Source of the DNA: Bryobacteraceae bacterium
GTDB lineage: Bacteria > Acidobacteriota > Terriglobia > Bryobacterales > Bryobacteraceae
DNA length: 64,000 nt
Reading direction: 5' to 3'
Assembly: GCA_049509915.1 (NCBI GenBank)
Contig: JBEKZL010000014.1
Coordinates: 2,587 to 66,586 of the forward strand
Shown here: positions 29,395 to 37,605 of the stretch, in pieces
How positions within the stretch are numbered: position 1 is the stretch's first letter
Layout: every line of letters starts with the position of its first letter
Program-made: the position numbers and the translations under genes
Notes under the pieces: generated by a model
What the model was told of the DNA's origin: nothing
Database searches by the model: none
The model's input: only the letters and a program-made list of their open reading frames with translations

Positions 29395-30660
29395 TCATGG
29401 CAGCCGGCTCCAGGCTTTGAGGAAGAAATCGTCCGTGCCGAAATTGCCGCTCTTCAGAGCCAGCGCCAGTGGCCTCTCACCCAAGCTCACCGTCCACGGA
29501 ACGCCGGGGTCGATTTCATCGCCGATGCGCAAGCCCGCCAGCCGCAGCGTGCCGGCTACGGCGCCGGCCGTTTCTCCGCCCGCTACGATCAGCCTGCGCA
29601 CGCCCAGATCCACCAGCCGGCGGGCGATCGCGGCCAGCGTGCTCTCGACCAGTGCGCCAGCGCGTTCGGCGCCCAGCTCGTCTTGCACTTTCTTCACCGC
29701 CGCCGGCTCGGCCGAGGCGTAAACAAGCACCGGCCCGCTGTCCAGCCGGCCCGAGGCCCAATCCACGGCTTCCGCCACTACATCGGCGCCGGAGGCTGCG
29801 CGTAGCGGGTCGATCCGGAAGGCCGGCGCCACCTCCCGCATGCGCGCAACCTGCCGCAGCGTGGCGGGCGAGCAACTGCCCGAGATCACTGCGTCGAATC
29901 CCTCGATTCGCGGCAACCGGCCGGCCGGTAAATCCGCAGGCAGCAGGCCCTGGGAGCGGAAGTTGTCGGGAAGGCCCATGGCGATGCCCGATCCGCCGGT
30001 CAGCAGCGGCATGTCGCGGCAGGCGGCGGCGATGGCCATCAGGTCAGCGTCGGAGGCGGCGTCGACAATCGCAATTCCGGCGCCGGCGCCGCGCACGCTC
30101 TCGAAGGCCCGCCGAATCTCCGCCTCGCCGCCGCGAACGCTCTCGAACGGGACCAGGCCCACGCGGCGGGTCGATTGGCGCTGCAGCACGCGCACCAGAT
30201 TGGAATCCGTCATGGGCGTGAGCGGATGGTGCCGCATGCCGCTCTCGTCGAGCAACACATCGCCGACGAACAGGTAGCCGCGGAAGACCGCGCGTCCGTT
30301 GGCGGGAAAGGCCGGGCAGGCGATGGTGAAATCGGTGCCCACCGCGTCCATCAGCGCCTCGGCCACCGGTCCGATGTTGCCCCAGTCGCTCGAATCGAAC
30401 GTGGAGCAGTATTTGAAAAGGATTTGGCGGCAGCCGGCGTCGCGCAGCCATCGAAGCGCTTCCCGAGACCCATCCACGGCATCGCCCGGAGGCGCCGTGC
30501 GGGTCTTGAGCGCGACTACAATGGCATCGATCGAGGACGGCGGCGCCGTGCGCGGCACGCCGAACATCTGCACCGTGCGCATACCGTGTTTCACCAGCAT
30601 TCCGGCCAGATCGGTAGCGCCGGTGAAATCGTCGGCGATCGCCCCCAGCAGCGGAGCCAT
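29395..30660 (-). CDS. otnK: four-carbon acid-sugar kinase (DUF1537), likely 3-oxo-tetronate kinase
   Basis: The N-terminal motif is LGAIADDFTGATDLAGML. The protein is 421 aa and its start overlaps the upstream stop. Confidence 0.85.
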   Translation of the reverse strand: MAPLLGAIADDFTGATDLAGMLVKHGMRTVQMFGVPRTAPPSSIDAIVVALKTRTAPPGDAVDGSREALRWLRDAGCRQILFKYCSTFDSSDWGNIGPVAEALMDAVGTDFTIACPAFPANGRAVFRGYLFVGDVLLDESGMRHHPLTPMTDSNLVRVLQRQSTRRVGLVPFESVRGGEAEIRRAFESVRGAGAGIAIVDAASDADLMAIAAACRDMPLLTGGSGIAMGLPDNFRSQGLLPADLPAGRLPRIEGFDAVISGSCSPATLRQVARMREVAPAFRIDPLRAASGADVVAEAVDWASGRLDSGPVLVYASAEPAAVKKVQDELGAERAGALVESTLAAIARRLVDLGVRRLIVAGGETAGAVAGTLRLAGLRIGDEIDPGVPWTVSLGERPLALALKSGNFGTDDFFLKAWSRLP

Positions 30661-31601
30661 CAGCGGTCTTCCCTTCGATCCTTGGGCAGCTCGATGCCGG
30701 GGTACATCTTAATGACGGCCGAATCGTCTTCTCCGCCGTGTCCGGCTGCGGCGGCGGCCAGAAAGATCTGGTGCGCGGTGGCAGTGAGCGGCAACGGGAA
30801 CGTCAGCTTGCGCGCCGAGTCCAGCACCAGGCCCAGGTCCTTGACGAAAATGTTCACCGCGGATAGCGGCGTATAGTCCCCCGCCAAAATATGCGGCACC
30901 CGGTTCTGGAACATCCAGGAGGAGCCGGCGCTGTTGCCGATCACTTCGTACAGCGTGGCGGGGTCGCCACCGGCCTTGATTCCGAGCGCCATAGCTTCGG
31001 CGGCCGCGGCGATGTGCACCCCTGCCAGCAGTTGATTGATCATCTTGACCGTAGAGCCCTGACCGGGCTGTTCGCCGAGGCGGTACAGTTTCGCGGCAAT
31101 CGCCTCGAACAAAGGCGCGCACCGTTTAAACGCCGCGGCGGGACCGGATGCCATCACCGTAAGCTGGCCTTCGGCGGCTTTCTTCGCGCCGCCCGAAACC
31201 GGTGCATCGATATTCAGCAGGCCCGCGTTTTCTATGCGCTGTCCAAGGCCGGCTGCGAATGCCGGCGGGATGGTGGCACTGGTGACGATCACCGAACCTG
31301 GCTCCATGCTCTCCGCCAAACCGCCAGCGCCGAAGATCGCCGCTTCGGTCTGCTCCGCATTGACGACCAGAATCACAACGGCGCCGCTGCGGCTCCCAGC
31401 TTCACCGGGGGAACTGGCGGCAACACCGCCGAGATCTTCGAACTGCCGGCACGCTTCCGGGCGAACGTCGTAGCCCGCCACCGGGAATCCCGCCCGTAAC
31501 AGCGATCGGGCCACGCCCATACCCATCGATCCGAGGCCGATTACCGCTACCGGCATCCCGGTCCGGCCGCCTTCGGGCCGCATTGGAATCTCATCGTTCA
31601 T
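30660..31601 (-). CDS. NAD(P)-dependent 3-hydroxyisobutyrate-dehydrogenase-family oxidoreductase (L-threonate or D-erythronate dehydrogenase type)
   Basis: Rossmann motif VAVIGLGSMGMGVARSL. The gene context is as for ygbJ. The start may instead be the ATG at 31556. Confidence 0.8.
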   Translation of the reverse strand: MNDEIPMRPEGGRTGMPVAVIGLGSMGMGVARSLLRAGFPVAGYDVRPEACRQFEDLGGVAASSPGEAGSRSGAVVILVVNAEQTEAAIFGAGGLAESMEPGSVIVTSATIPPAFAAGLGQRIENAGLLNIDAPVSGGAKKAAEGQLTVMASGPAAAFKRCAPLFEAIAAKLYRLGEQPGQGSTVKMINQLLAGVHIAAAAEAMALGIKAGGDPATLYEVIGNSAGSSWMFQNRVPHILAGDYTPLSAVNIFVKDLGLVLDSARKLTFPLPLTATAHQIFLAAAAAGHGGEDDSAVIKMYPGIELPKDRREDR

Positions 31602-32931
31602 CGTCGGAACCCGCCATGGAGCTGTCTGAAATAAGAACTGCCGGGCGTCCAGCCGCCCCCTTGTTGGATTTTATCGCCCATGCGATCGCGGCAGCCGCAA
31701 GGCAGGACCCCGCCAGCACCAGTTGCGCCATCGCCGTACTTCCCGTCCGGTCGCGAATCCGGCCGATCACGAACGGACTGACATAACCGCCCAGGTTCCC
31801 CACCGAGTTGATCCAGGCAATTCCCGCCGCGGCGCCGGCGCCCGACAAAACCGCCGTCGGCAGCGACCAGAATACCGACTGGCCGCACATGATCCCTATG
31901 GCGCTCAGGCTCACTAACGCCACTGCCACGGTTCCAGAAGGCCCCGCCACTCCCCCCACCGCAAACGCCGCTCCGGCCAGCGCCGCCGCCACCGCCACGT
32001 GTTTTCGCCGCTCGCCGGTCTTGTCGGAATGGTGCCCGTAGAAGATCATGGCCGTCGCCGCCAGCGCCCAGGGAATGGCGGAAACCAGGCCGATCCGCCA
32101 CGGATCGGTGCTGATAGTGTCTTTCAGAATCTGCGGTAGCCAGAACGCCAGGCCATAGTTGCCCATCTGGAATCCGAAGTAGATGGCGCAACATAGCCAG
32201 ACCCTGCCGCTCCCGAACGCGTCCCCGATCCGGTGCCGCGATGGGCCCTCGCTTTTCTTGACCTCTTCCTCCTGGTGCAGCCGCCGTGTCAGATAGTCCC
32301 GTTCCTCTTGGCTAAGCCATTTGGCTTTGGCTGGTCCATCCACCAGGTAGAACATGGTGACCAGCCCCGCGATGGCGGAAGGAATGCCTTCGAGCAGGAA
32401 CAGCCATTGCCAAGCGCGGAGCCCACCCATCCCAGACATCTTAGCCATGATTCGCCCCGAGATCGGACCGGCTATCACCCCCGATAGCGGCGTCGCGGCC
32501 ATGAACAGCGCCACAATTCTGCCGCGGTGGGTGTGCGTGTACCAGAACGTCAGGTAGAGAATCACACCAGGGAAGAAGCCCGATTCCACGATCCCGAGCA
32601 GCATGCGGATGGCGTAGAAGCTGGCCGCACCCTTGGCCAGAACCGTGCAGCAGGAAACCCCTCCCCACAGCACCATCAGCCCGCCGAGCCACATCCGCGC
32701 CCCCAGACGTTGCAGCATCATGTTGGCCGGCACTTCAAACAGGAAATAGCCGATAAAGAAAATCCCCGCGCCGGTGCCGTAGACCGTCTCGCTCATCCCC
32801 AAATCCCGCTGCATCTGCAGTTTGGCGAAGCCGATGTTGACGCGGTCCACGTACGCCAGTATGTAGCAGGCGAACAGAAACGGAATCAGCCGCCCGGTGA
32901 CTTTGTTGTAGACTGCCGTTTCGAAATCCAT
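31591..32931 (-). CDS. MFS transporter (anion:cation symporter, ACS-type)
   Basis: 446 aa with 12 TM segments. The N-terminal region reads AYVDRVNIGFAKLQMQRDLGMSETVYGTGAGIFFIGYFLFEVPAN. Confidence 0.85.
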   Translation of the reverse strand: MDFETAVYNKVTGRLIPFLFACYILAYVDRVNIGFAKLQMQRDLGMSETVYGTGAGIFFIGYFLFEVPANMMLQRLGARMWLGGLMVLWGGVSCCTVLAKGAASFYAIRMLLGIVESGFFPGVILYLTFWYTHTHRGRIVALFMAATPLSGVIAGPISGRIMAKMSGMGGLRAWQWLFLLEGIPSAIAGLVTMFYLVDGPAKAKWLSQEERDYLTRRLHQEEEVKKSEGPSRHRIGDAFGSGRVWLCCAIYFGFQMGNYGLAFWLPQILKDTISTDPWRIGLVSAIPWALAATAMIFYGHHSDKTGERRKHVAVAAALAGAAFAVGGVAGPSGTVAVALVSLSAIGIMCGQSVFWSLPTAVLSGAGAAAGIAWINSVGNLGGYVSPFVIGRIRDRTGSTAMAQLVLAGSCLAAAAIAWAIKSNKGAAGRPAVLISDSSMAGSDDER

Positions 32932-33039
32932 GGGAAGGTTCCACTCCGCGATTGCCCCGGCCGCCCGGCGGAGCGTTCCGGCACGTTCCCCATTCTCGCC
33001 TTTCCGGGAGGAAAAAGGGGAGAAACCGGCCGCCCCAAG

Positions 33040-34485
33040 TCATCTTTCCGGCGCCCAGTACCCCGCTTTCGCGCTGACCTGGAACTTGTCGCCGCCGTTC
33101 ACTTCCACCTTGATCTTTCGGTATTTCCCGTCCGGCGCTTCGTTCTTCGGCACGTAAGCCAGCAAGTAGTATTCCCGCGTGTCGGTCAGCGCCCTGGTAA
33201 TCCCCTTCGGCAAATCGTTACTGTTTTGAAAAAACAAACCGCCGGTTTCGTGGGCGAGCTGCGCCATCGCATCCGCATTCTCGCGCGCGACCGAGGCTCC
33301 TTGCCGGTCCACCGAGTCCATGGTTGCCGTGGCTTCCGTCGGCACGTTTCTGGCATCCATTTGTGCCGGGGTCGACGAATAAGCCGTGCTGGCATCGAAG
33401 GTGCCGCCGGCGCTGAAAGCCGACGAGTAAACTCCGCGCGAGTCCAGCGTGTAGAATTTCACATCATAGCCGGTCGCCGCCTTAAGAATGGCTTGTAACT
33501 CCGATTCCGTGTCTTTCGATGGGAACTGGAACGTGTGATCGTGCGGGGCAAAACCCTGAACGATACCGTACAGTTCACGGCCGGGAAAGCGATTGAACCC
33601 GTCGGAAATGAAAATGATGGTCCGGGAGGTCGGCATGCTCGCCGTCGCCCGGACCAATTCGTTGAGCTGCCGCAAGAAATTGCGGTTCAGGAGGTAAGTC
33701 CTCTCTTCAAAGCTGAAAAGAAAGGCCTTTACCCTGCCCTTGACCGCGGGACATCCCGGCCCATCGGACTGGGCGCCCTGGCTGGTGCCCTTGTAGCCGG
33801 TGGCGCCGTTGCTGTCGCACGCACAAACCGAGCAATAGTTTTGCATCAGCGCCCTGAATTGCTGGAGGGCGATGGCCGTGCTCGCGGCTTCGCTGGTCTG
33901 GATCATTTTCGCAAAGCTCTTGCTGGCGATCGCCGCCACGATCACCGTCACATCGGTAGTGGAATCCTTGACCACGGTGAGGTCTCGCCCCAGCGCCATC
34001 AGGGCGTATTGCGTGTCCGTGCCCTGCTCCTGTCGAAGACTCTTCAAAAGCGCGTCCTTCACCCGGCCGAAGCTTGCAAACGAGGAATGGAGCGTATCGA
34101 TGCAAATCAGATAGGTGCGCCGCACAGTGTTCGACGCCGGAGCCGGGCGATCCGCTGGCTTGACGGCGATTCCGGCGGGGACGCCTGCCACCGGGCCGGT
34201 CTGGCGGGCTGCTTCCGCAGCGGCGGATTCCACCGTGGTGCGGAAAGAGACGATCTGTTGCGGGACGCCATCTTCCGACACCTGAAAGTCGGATCGCTTC
34301 AGGCCGCTGACGTGGTGCCCTTTGGCATCCGTCACGATCACCGGCACCAGCACCTCTTTCACATTGGCGGTGATTTTGGGTAAGGGCTGCTGCTGTTCCA
34401 GTTCCTGAGCCTGGCTGGCAAGCGCCAGAGCGAATAATCCAGCCGAAAGGGAAAACAGCTTCCGTGCCAGACGGCATTTCATCAC
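33040..34485 (-). CDS. secreted VWFA-related domain protein (acidobacterial TIGR03436-like)
   Basis: Has a signal peptide. Contains VLVPVIVTDAKGHHVSGLKRSDFQVSEDG and the C-terminal YRKIKVEV...VSAKAGYWAP, which are typical of that family. Confidence 0.75.
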   Translation of the reverse strand: MMKCRLARKLFSLSAGLFALALASQAQELEQQQPLPKITANVKEVLVPVIVTDAKGHHVSGLKRSDFQVSEDGVPQQIVSFRTTVESAAAEAARQTGPVAGVPAGIAVKPADRPAPASNTVRRTYLICIDTLHSSFASFGRVKDALLKSLRQEQGTDTQYALMALGRDLTVVKDSTTDVTVIVAAIASKSFAKMIQTSEAASTAIALQQFRALMQNYCSVCACDSNGATGYKGTSQGAQSDGPGCPAVKGRVKAFLFSFEERTYLLNRNFLRQLNELVRATASMPTSRTIIFISDGFNRFPGRELYGIVQGFAPHDHTFQFPSKDTESELQAILKAATGYDVKFYTLDSRGVYSSAFSAGGTFDASTAYSSTPAQMDARNVPTEATATMDSVDRQGASVARENADAMAQLAHETGGLFFQNSNDLPKGITRALTDTREYYLLAYVPKNEAPDGKYRKIKVEVNGGDKFQVSAKAGYWAPER

Positions 34486-34737
34486 GGTTTATCTCCGAAC
34501 CTTCCTCCGCGCTGCCGCGCTTCAATCCCACCGGAATCCTAATGGTACCCGGCTTCGTCCGCGCGCAGGATAAAGTGCCCGCGGAACCTCGACGCGTTCC
34601 GTCGCCGGCGCGTGCCGATGCCCAATGAGAAATGCGCCCTAAAGTCTTTCATGGGCGCTGCCGATATGAAGAAAGTAGCAGCCGTAGACCGAGAGGCATG
34701 GCCGAAAATAGGAATCCTCGAATAGGAACGATGAATC

Positions 34738-35043
34738 ATGCAACCCGACAATGCACACCAAACAGGAGAATTGTGCCTCCCCGTCGAAGCCGGTGCAAAG
34801 GTCACGCTGAAAAAGAACGGCCATGCCGCCCTTGCTACCTCGGTAAGCGTAAGCGGTTGCGGTGTCCTGCTGCACTTCGACGAACCGCCCCAGCTCGCGA
34901 CCGGCGATCAGGTGATCTGCGAGTTCAAAATCTCCAGCGACACCGACCCCCGGCTCCCGTATTGGGTGGTGGGAATGGTCTCCAGCGTAGACGATTGCTG
35001 CGCCACGGTCGATCTTGCCGGTGCCCCTCCAAGGGTCAGGTGA
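34738..35043 (+). CDS. small hypothetical protein (weak PilZ-like beta-barrel resemblance, no RxxxR)
   Basis: 101 aa with an AGGAA RBS 10 nt upstream. SVSGCGVLL resembles the PilZ DxSxxG region. Confidence 0.4.
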   Translation: MQPDNAHQTGELCLPVEAGAKVTLKKNGHAALATSVSVSGCGVLLHFDEPPQLATGDQVICEFKISSDTDPRLPYWVVGMVSSVDDCCATVDLAGAPPRVR

Positions 35044-35200
35044 GCCAGCTCGACAGCACAACGCAAACCCAGACAGCAGCTGCGCAATAACCAGAGATTG
35101 TCTGTAACTCCAAGAAATAAAGAATTCTCGGAACCATGGAGAGCCCCCGACGAAAGCCGCCCCAGGGGTCTCCCCGGCCCCGACAAGGTAAGCTGGTGGG

Positions 35201-35470
35201 GTGGGGCGACTGATTTTTCGTGCCTTAGGCGGCCTGGTGCTGGTGGCCGTAGGAGCGTACCTGCTGGATGGGGCCATTGCCAAGGCGCGCGGCGCCAGCG
35301 CTTTTCGGCAAGTCCAGGTGCAACCGTATTATGCTGTTCCGATGAAGGACGGCAAGACCGAGTTCATGATGCTCGATCCGGAAACCGACACGTGCATTCG
35401 CTCCGTGTTTCCGCACTTCGGCTACCGGCCCTGTTGGAAAATGACCTCCCAGCAGCGTATCAACATGTAA
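35201..35470 (+). CDS. small membrane-anchored hypothetical protein
   Basis: 89 aa with a GTG start. It has one N-terminal TM helix, LGGLVLVAVGAYLL. Confidence 0.4.
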   Translation: MGRLIFRALGGLVLVAVGAYLLDGAIAKARGASAFRQVQVQPYYAVPMKDGKTEFMMLDPETDTCIRSVFPHFGYRPCWKMTSQQRINM

Positions 35471-35548
35471 CCGGACCGTCACCAGTTTCTTATCGCCCGC
35501 CGAATCGCGGAACTCCCCGCTGCCTGCTACCGTATCTAAGGTACGACT

Positions 35549-35968
35549 ATGACACTCACAAGCAGCCCCGAACTGGACCGGATTCATGTGCTGCTGGCGG
35601 AAAAAGGATACGCGGTATCCGAGCCGGCGGCCGACTCGCTGAGCATACGGGAAGTCGAAAGCGGAGTCACCGTGCAAGCGGTACTCCAGGGCGACGTCCT
35701 GTATCTTTCCCTGGTTTGCACCGTGGCCCCGGAGGCGGCCATCACGCCCGATATCATGCGGCGCATGTTGGCGTCCGATAACGGCATTTCGACTTCGTAT
35801 TTCCAGCTCTACCCGGCCGGCGACGGCAAAATCGCCATCACCCTCAACAACTTCTGCAAACTGCAGGAACTGGGGCCGGACGATGAAGACGATATTCAAT
35901 CCTGCGTGCACTTTCTGTTGGTGGATGTGATGACTGCCCGCCGCATATTGAGCGGACTCAAAGGGTAA
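35549..35968 (+). CDS. YbjN/YjfI (DUF2170)-like small cytoplasmic protein
   Basis: 139 aa, immediately upstream of a PspA-family gene as in E. coli yjfI-yjfJ. The family call is from position and size only. Confidence 0.55.
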   Translation: MTLTSSPELDRIHVLLAEKGYAVSEPAADSLSIREVESGVTVQAVLQGDVLYLSLVCTVAPEAAITPDIMRRMLASDNGISTSYFQLYPAGDGKIAITLNNFCKLQELGPDDEDDIQSCVHFLLVDVMTARRILSGLKG

Positions 35969-35980
35969 AGGAGGATCAAT

Positions 35981-36769
35981 ATGCCGTTTCTATCCGATGT
36001 TTTTGCCCGCCTGGGGCGCGTGGCGCGCGGCCAGGCCAATCAGGGTGTCGATGCCATCGAGGACGCCACCTTCGAGGCTACCGTTCGCCAGACCGTCGCC
36101 GACATGAAAGGCGAGCTCAATAACGTGGTGCGCGCCTCCGCCGTGGCCATGAGCAACTACAACCGCCTCGACGCCGAGTACCAGAAGTACGTCAAGCAAT
36201 CGCAGGAGTGGAAGGACCGCGCCGGGCTGGCGCTGGACGCGGGCAACGAAGAGCTGGCCAAAGCGGCGCTGGCCCGGAAGGCCGACTCCGACAAGCAGGT
36301 CGCTTCCATGCAGCAGTCGGTTGCGGCGGCGCAGCAAACTAGCGAGAAGCTGAAAAGCCAGGTGGGCGAGCTGAAGCGCAAGATCGAGGAAGGGGAGCGC
36401 ACCGCTACCACCCTGGTGGCGCGCAAGAACGCCGCCGCGGCCCAGCGCAAAGTAGCCGAAGCCATGGCCGGCGTGGGCAACGCCGACAATGCATTCGCCG
36501 CCCTCAACCGCTTCGAGGAAACCGTCTCCAAGGAAGAAGCCACCGCCAAAGCTTTCGATGAACTGGCTTCCACCGGCAAAGACGATAACCTGGAGAAGCA
36601 GTTCGCCGCCCTCGGCGGCCATAGCGTGGACGCCGAACTGGAAGCGCTCAAACGCGAACGACAACTGAAGGCCGCTCCGGCTCCGCCGCCTTATCTTCCC
36701 AAAGAGCTGCCGGTGGGGGGCGATTCCCTTTCTACCGCGCCGAAGCTGGGCGAAAAGGCCAAAGCCTGA
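35981..36769 (+). CDS. pspA: PspA/IM30 family protein
   Basis: Contains FARLGRVARGQANQGVDAIEDATFEATVRQTVADMKGEL plus a long coiled coil. A strong AAGGAGG RBS precedes the start. Confidence 0.85.
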   Translation: MPFLSDVFARLGRVARGQANQGVDAIEDATFEATVRQTVADMKGELNNVVRASAVAMSNYNRLDAEYQKYVKQSQEWKDRAGLALDAGNEELAKAALARKADSDKQVASMQQSVAAAQQTSEKLKSQVGELKRKIEEGERTATTLVARKNAAAAQRKVAEAMAGVGNADNAFAALNRFEETVSKEEATAKAFDELASTGKDDNLEKQFAALGGHSVDAELEALKRERQLKAAPAPPPYLPKELPVGGDSLSTAPKLGEKAKA

Positions 36770-36784
36770 GCCGGCGGGGGCTCG

Positions 36785-37417
36785 ATGATAACCTACACGA
36801 TCGAAGGCCTTCTAGGCGTTCTGCTGGTGGTAGTTCTGATGCAACTGTTCAAAAAGCACGCGCCGCCTCCCATCGCGCAGCCGGTGGAAGACTTGGCCAA
36901 TCTAAAACCGTCGGAAGCCCGCGTGGGAGACGCGCTGTCGGTCTCTGGCGCCGGTGACGACATGACCGATCTCGACTTCATCGTCGAGCGCAGCACCTGG
37001 TTTCAAGCCGCCGCGAAGCGCTGGCTGGAGCTGAGCGGACCGTACAAGACGCGCCGTGTGGTGCTACGCGTAGATTTCGGCGACGACCTCGAAACCAGCG
37101 TTCAAATCGATCCCCGCAAGCTGACGATCGAGGACTTGGGCCTGTCCGAAGACGACCTGGCCCAAATGGACGAGCGACAGAATACCGCCGACTCGTTCGA
37201 GTTCGATGGCAAGCTCTGGCTGTATGTGCTCAGCCGCGAAACCCAGATGACGCGCAGCGATCAGCCCCAGCCGGTGGGCTTCTACTATTGGGAATTTCGC
37301 CAGCAGGACGGCGCTGGCCGCCTCGCCATCCGCAAGCTCCAGGGCGACCCCTTCGCGGTCGCGCTCTACAGCGGGGTTCCCTTAGGCGACGTGTCCGTTT
37401 ACCGCGGCCGCACGTAG
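36785..37417 (+). CDS. membrane-anchored PspA-associated protein (DUF4178/DUF2491-like)
   Basis: 210 aa. It has an N-terminal TM helix (LLGVLLVVVLMQLF), then a beta-rich domain containing W..LSGPY and FYYWEFRQ. Confidence 0.6.
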   Translation: MITYTIEGLLGVLLVVVLMQLFKKHAPPPIAQPVEDLANLKPSEARVGDALSVSGAGDDMTDLDFIVERSTWFQAAAKRWLELSGPYKTRRVVLRVDFGDDLETSVQIDPRKLTIEDLGLSEDDLAQMDERQNTADSFEFDGKLWLYVLSRETQMTRSDQPQPVGFYYWEFRQQDGAGRLAIRKLQGDPFAVALYSGVPLGDVSVYRGRT

Positions 37418-37450
37418 GAGGCAGTCGTGAAACTGTCCTTGGATAGTTTA

Positions 37451-37584
37451 GCGGGGCAGGCCACCGCTTCTTGTCGTCTGCCCCGCAGTTTGGTGGCGCA
37501 GGCGATTCGCCTGCCTTCGCCCGCGTTCCGCGCAGCGGACGCGGCAAGCTTCGCTCGGCTGGGGGCAGGCGAATCGCCTGCCCC
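37451..37584. repeat. cluster of GC-rich palindromic stem-loops
   Basis: Stem-loops: GCGGGGCAG-N18-CTGCCCCGC (37451..37486), GCAGGCG-ATT-CGCCTGC (37498..37514) and GGGGCAGGCG-AAT-CGCCTGCCCC (37562..37584). Confidence 0.7.
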
Positions 37585-37605
37585 ACAACACGCGCTGGGG
37601 ACCTT

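Noticed and set aside
37471-37605. Upstream 45 codons of the 557-aa track ORF
   Set aside because: They run through the palindromic repeat cluster. The signal-peptide-bearing ATG at 37606 is the sensible start.
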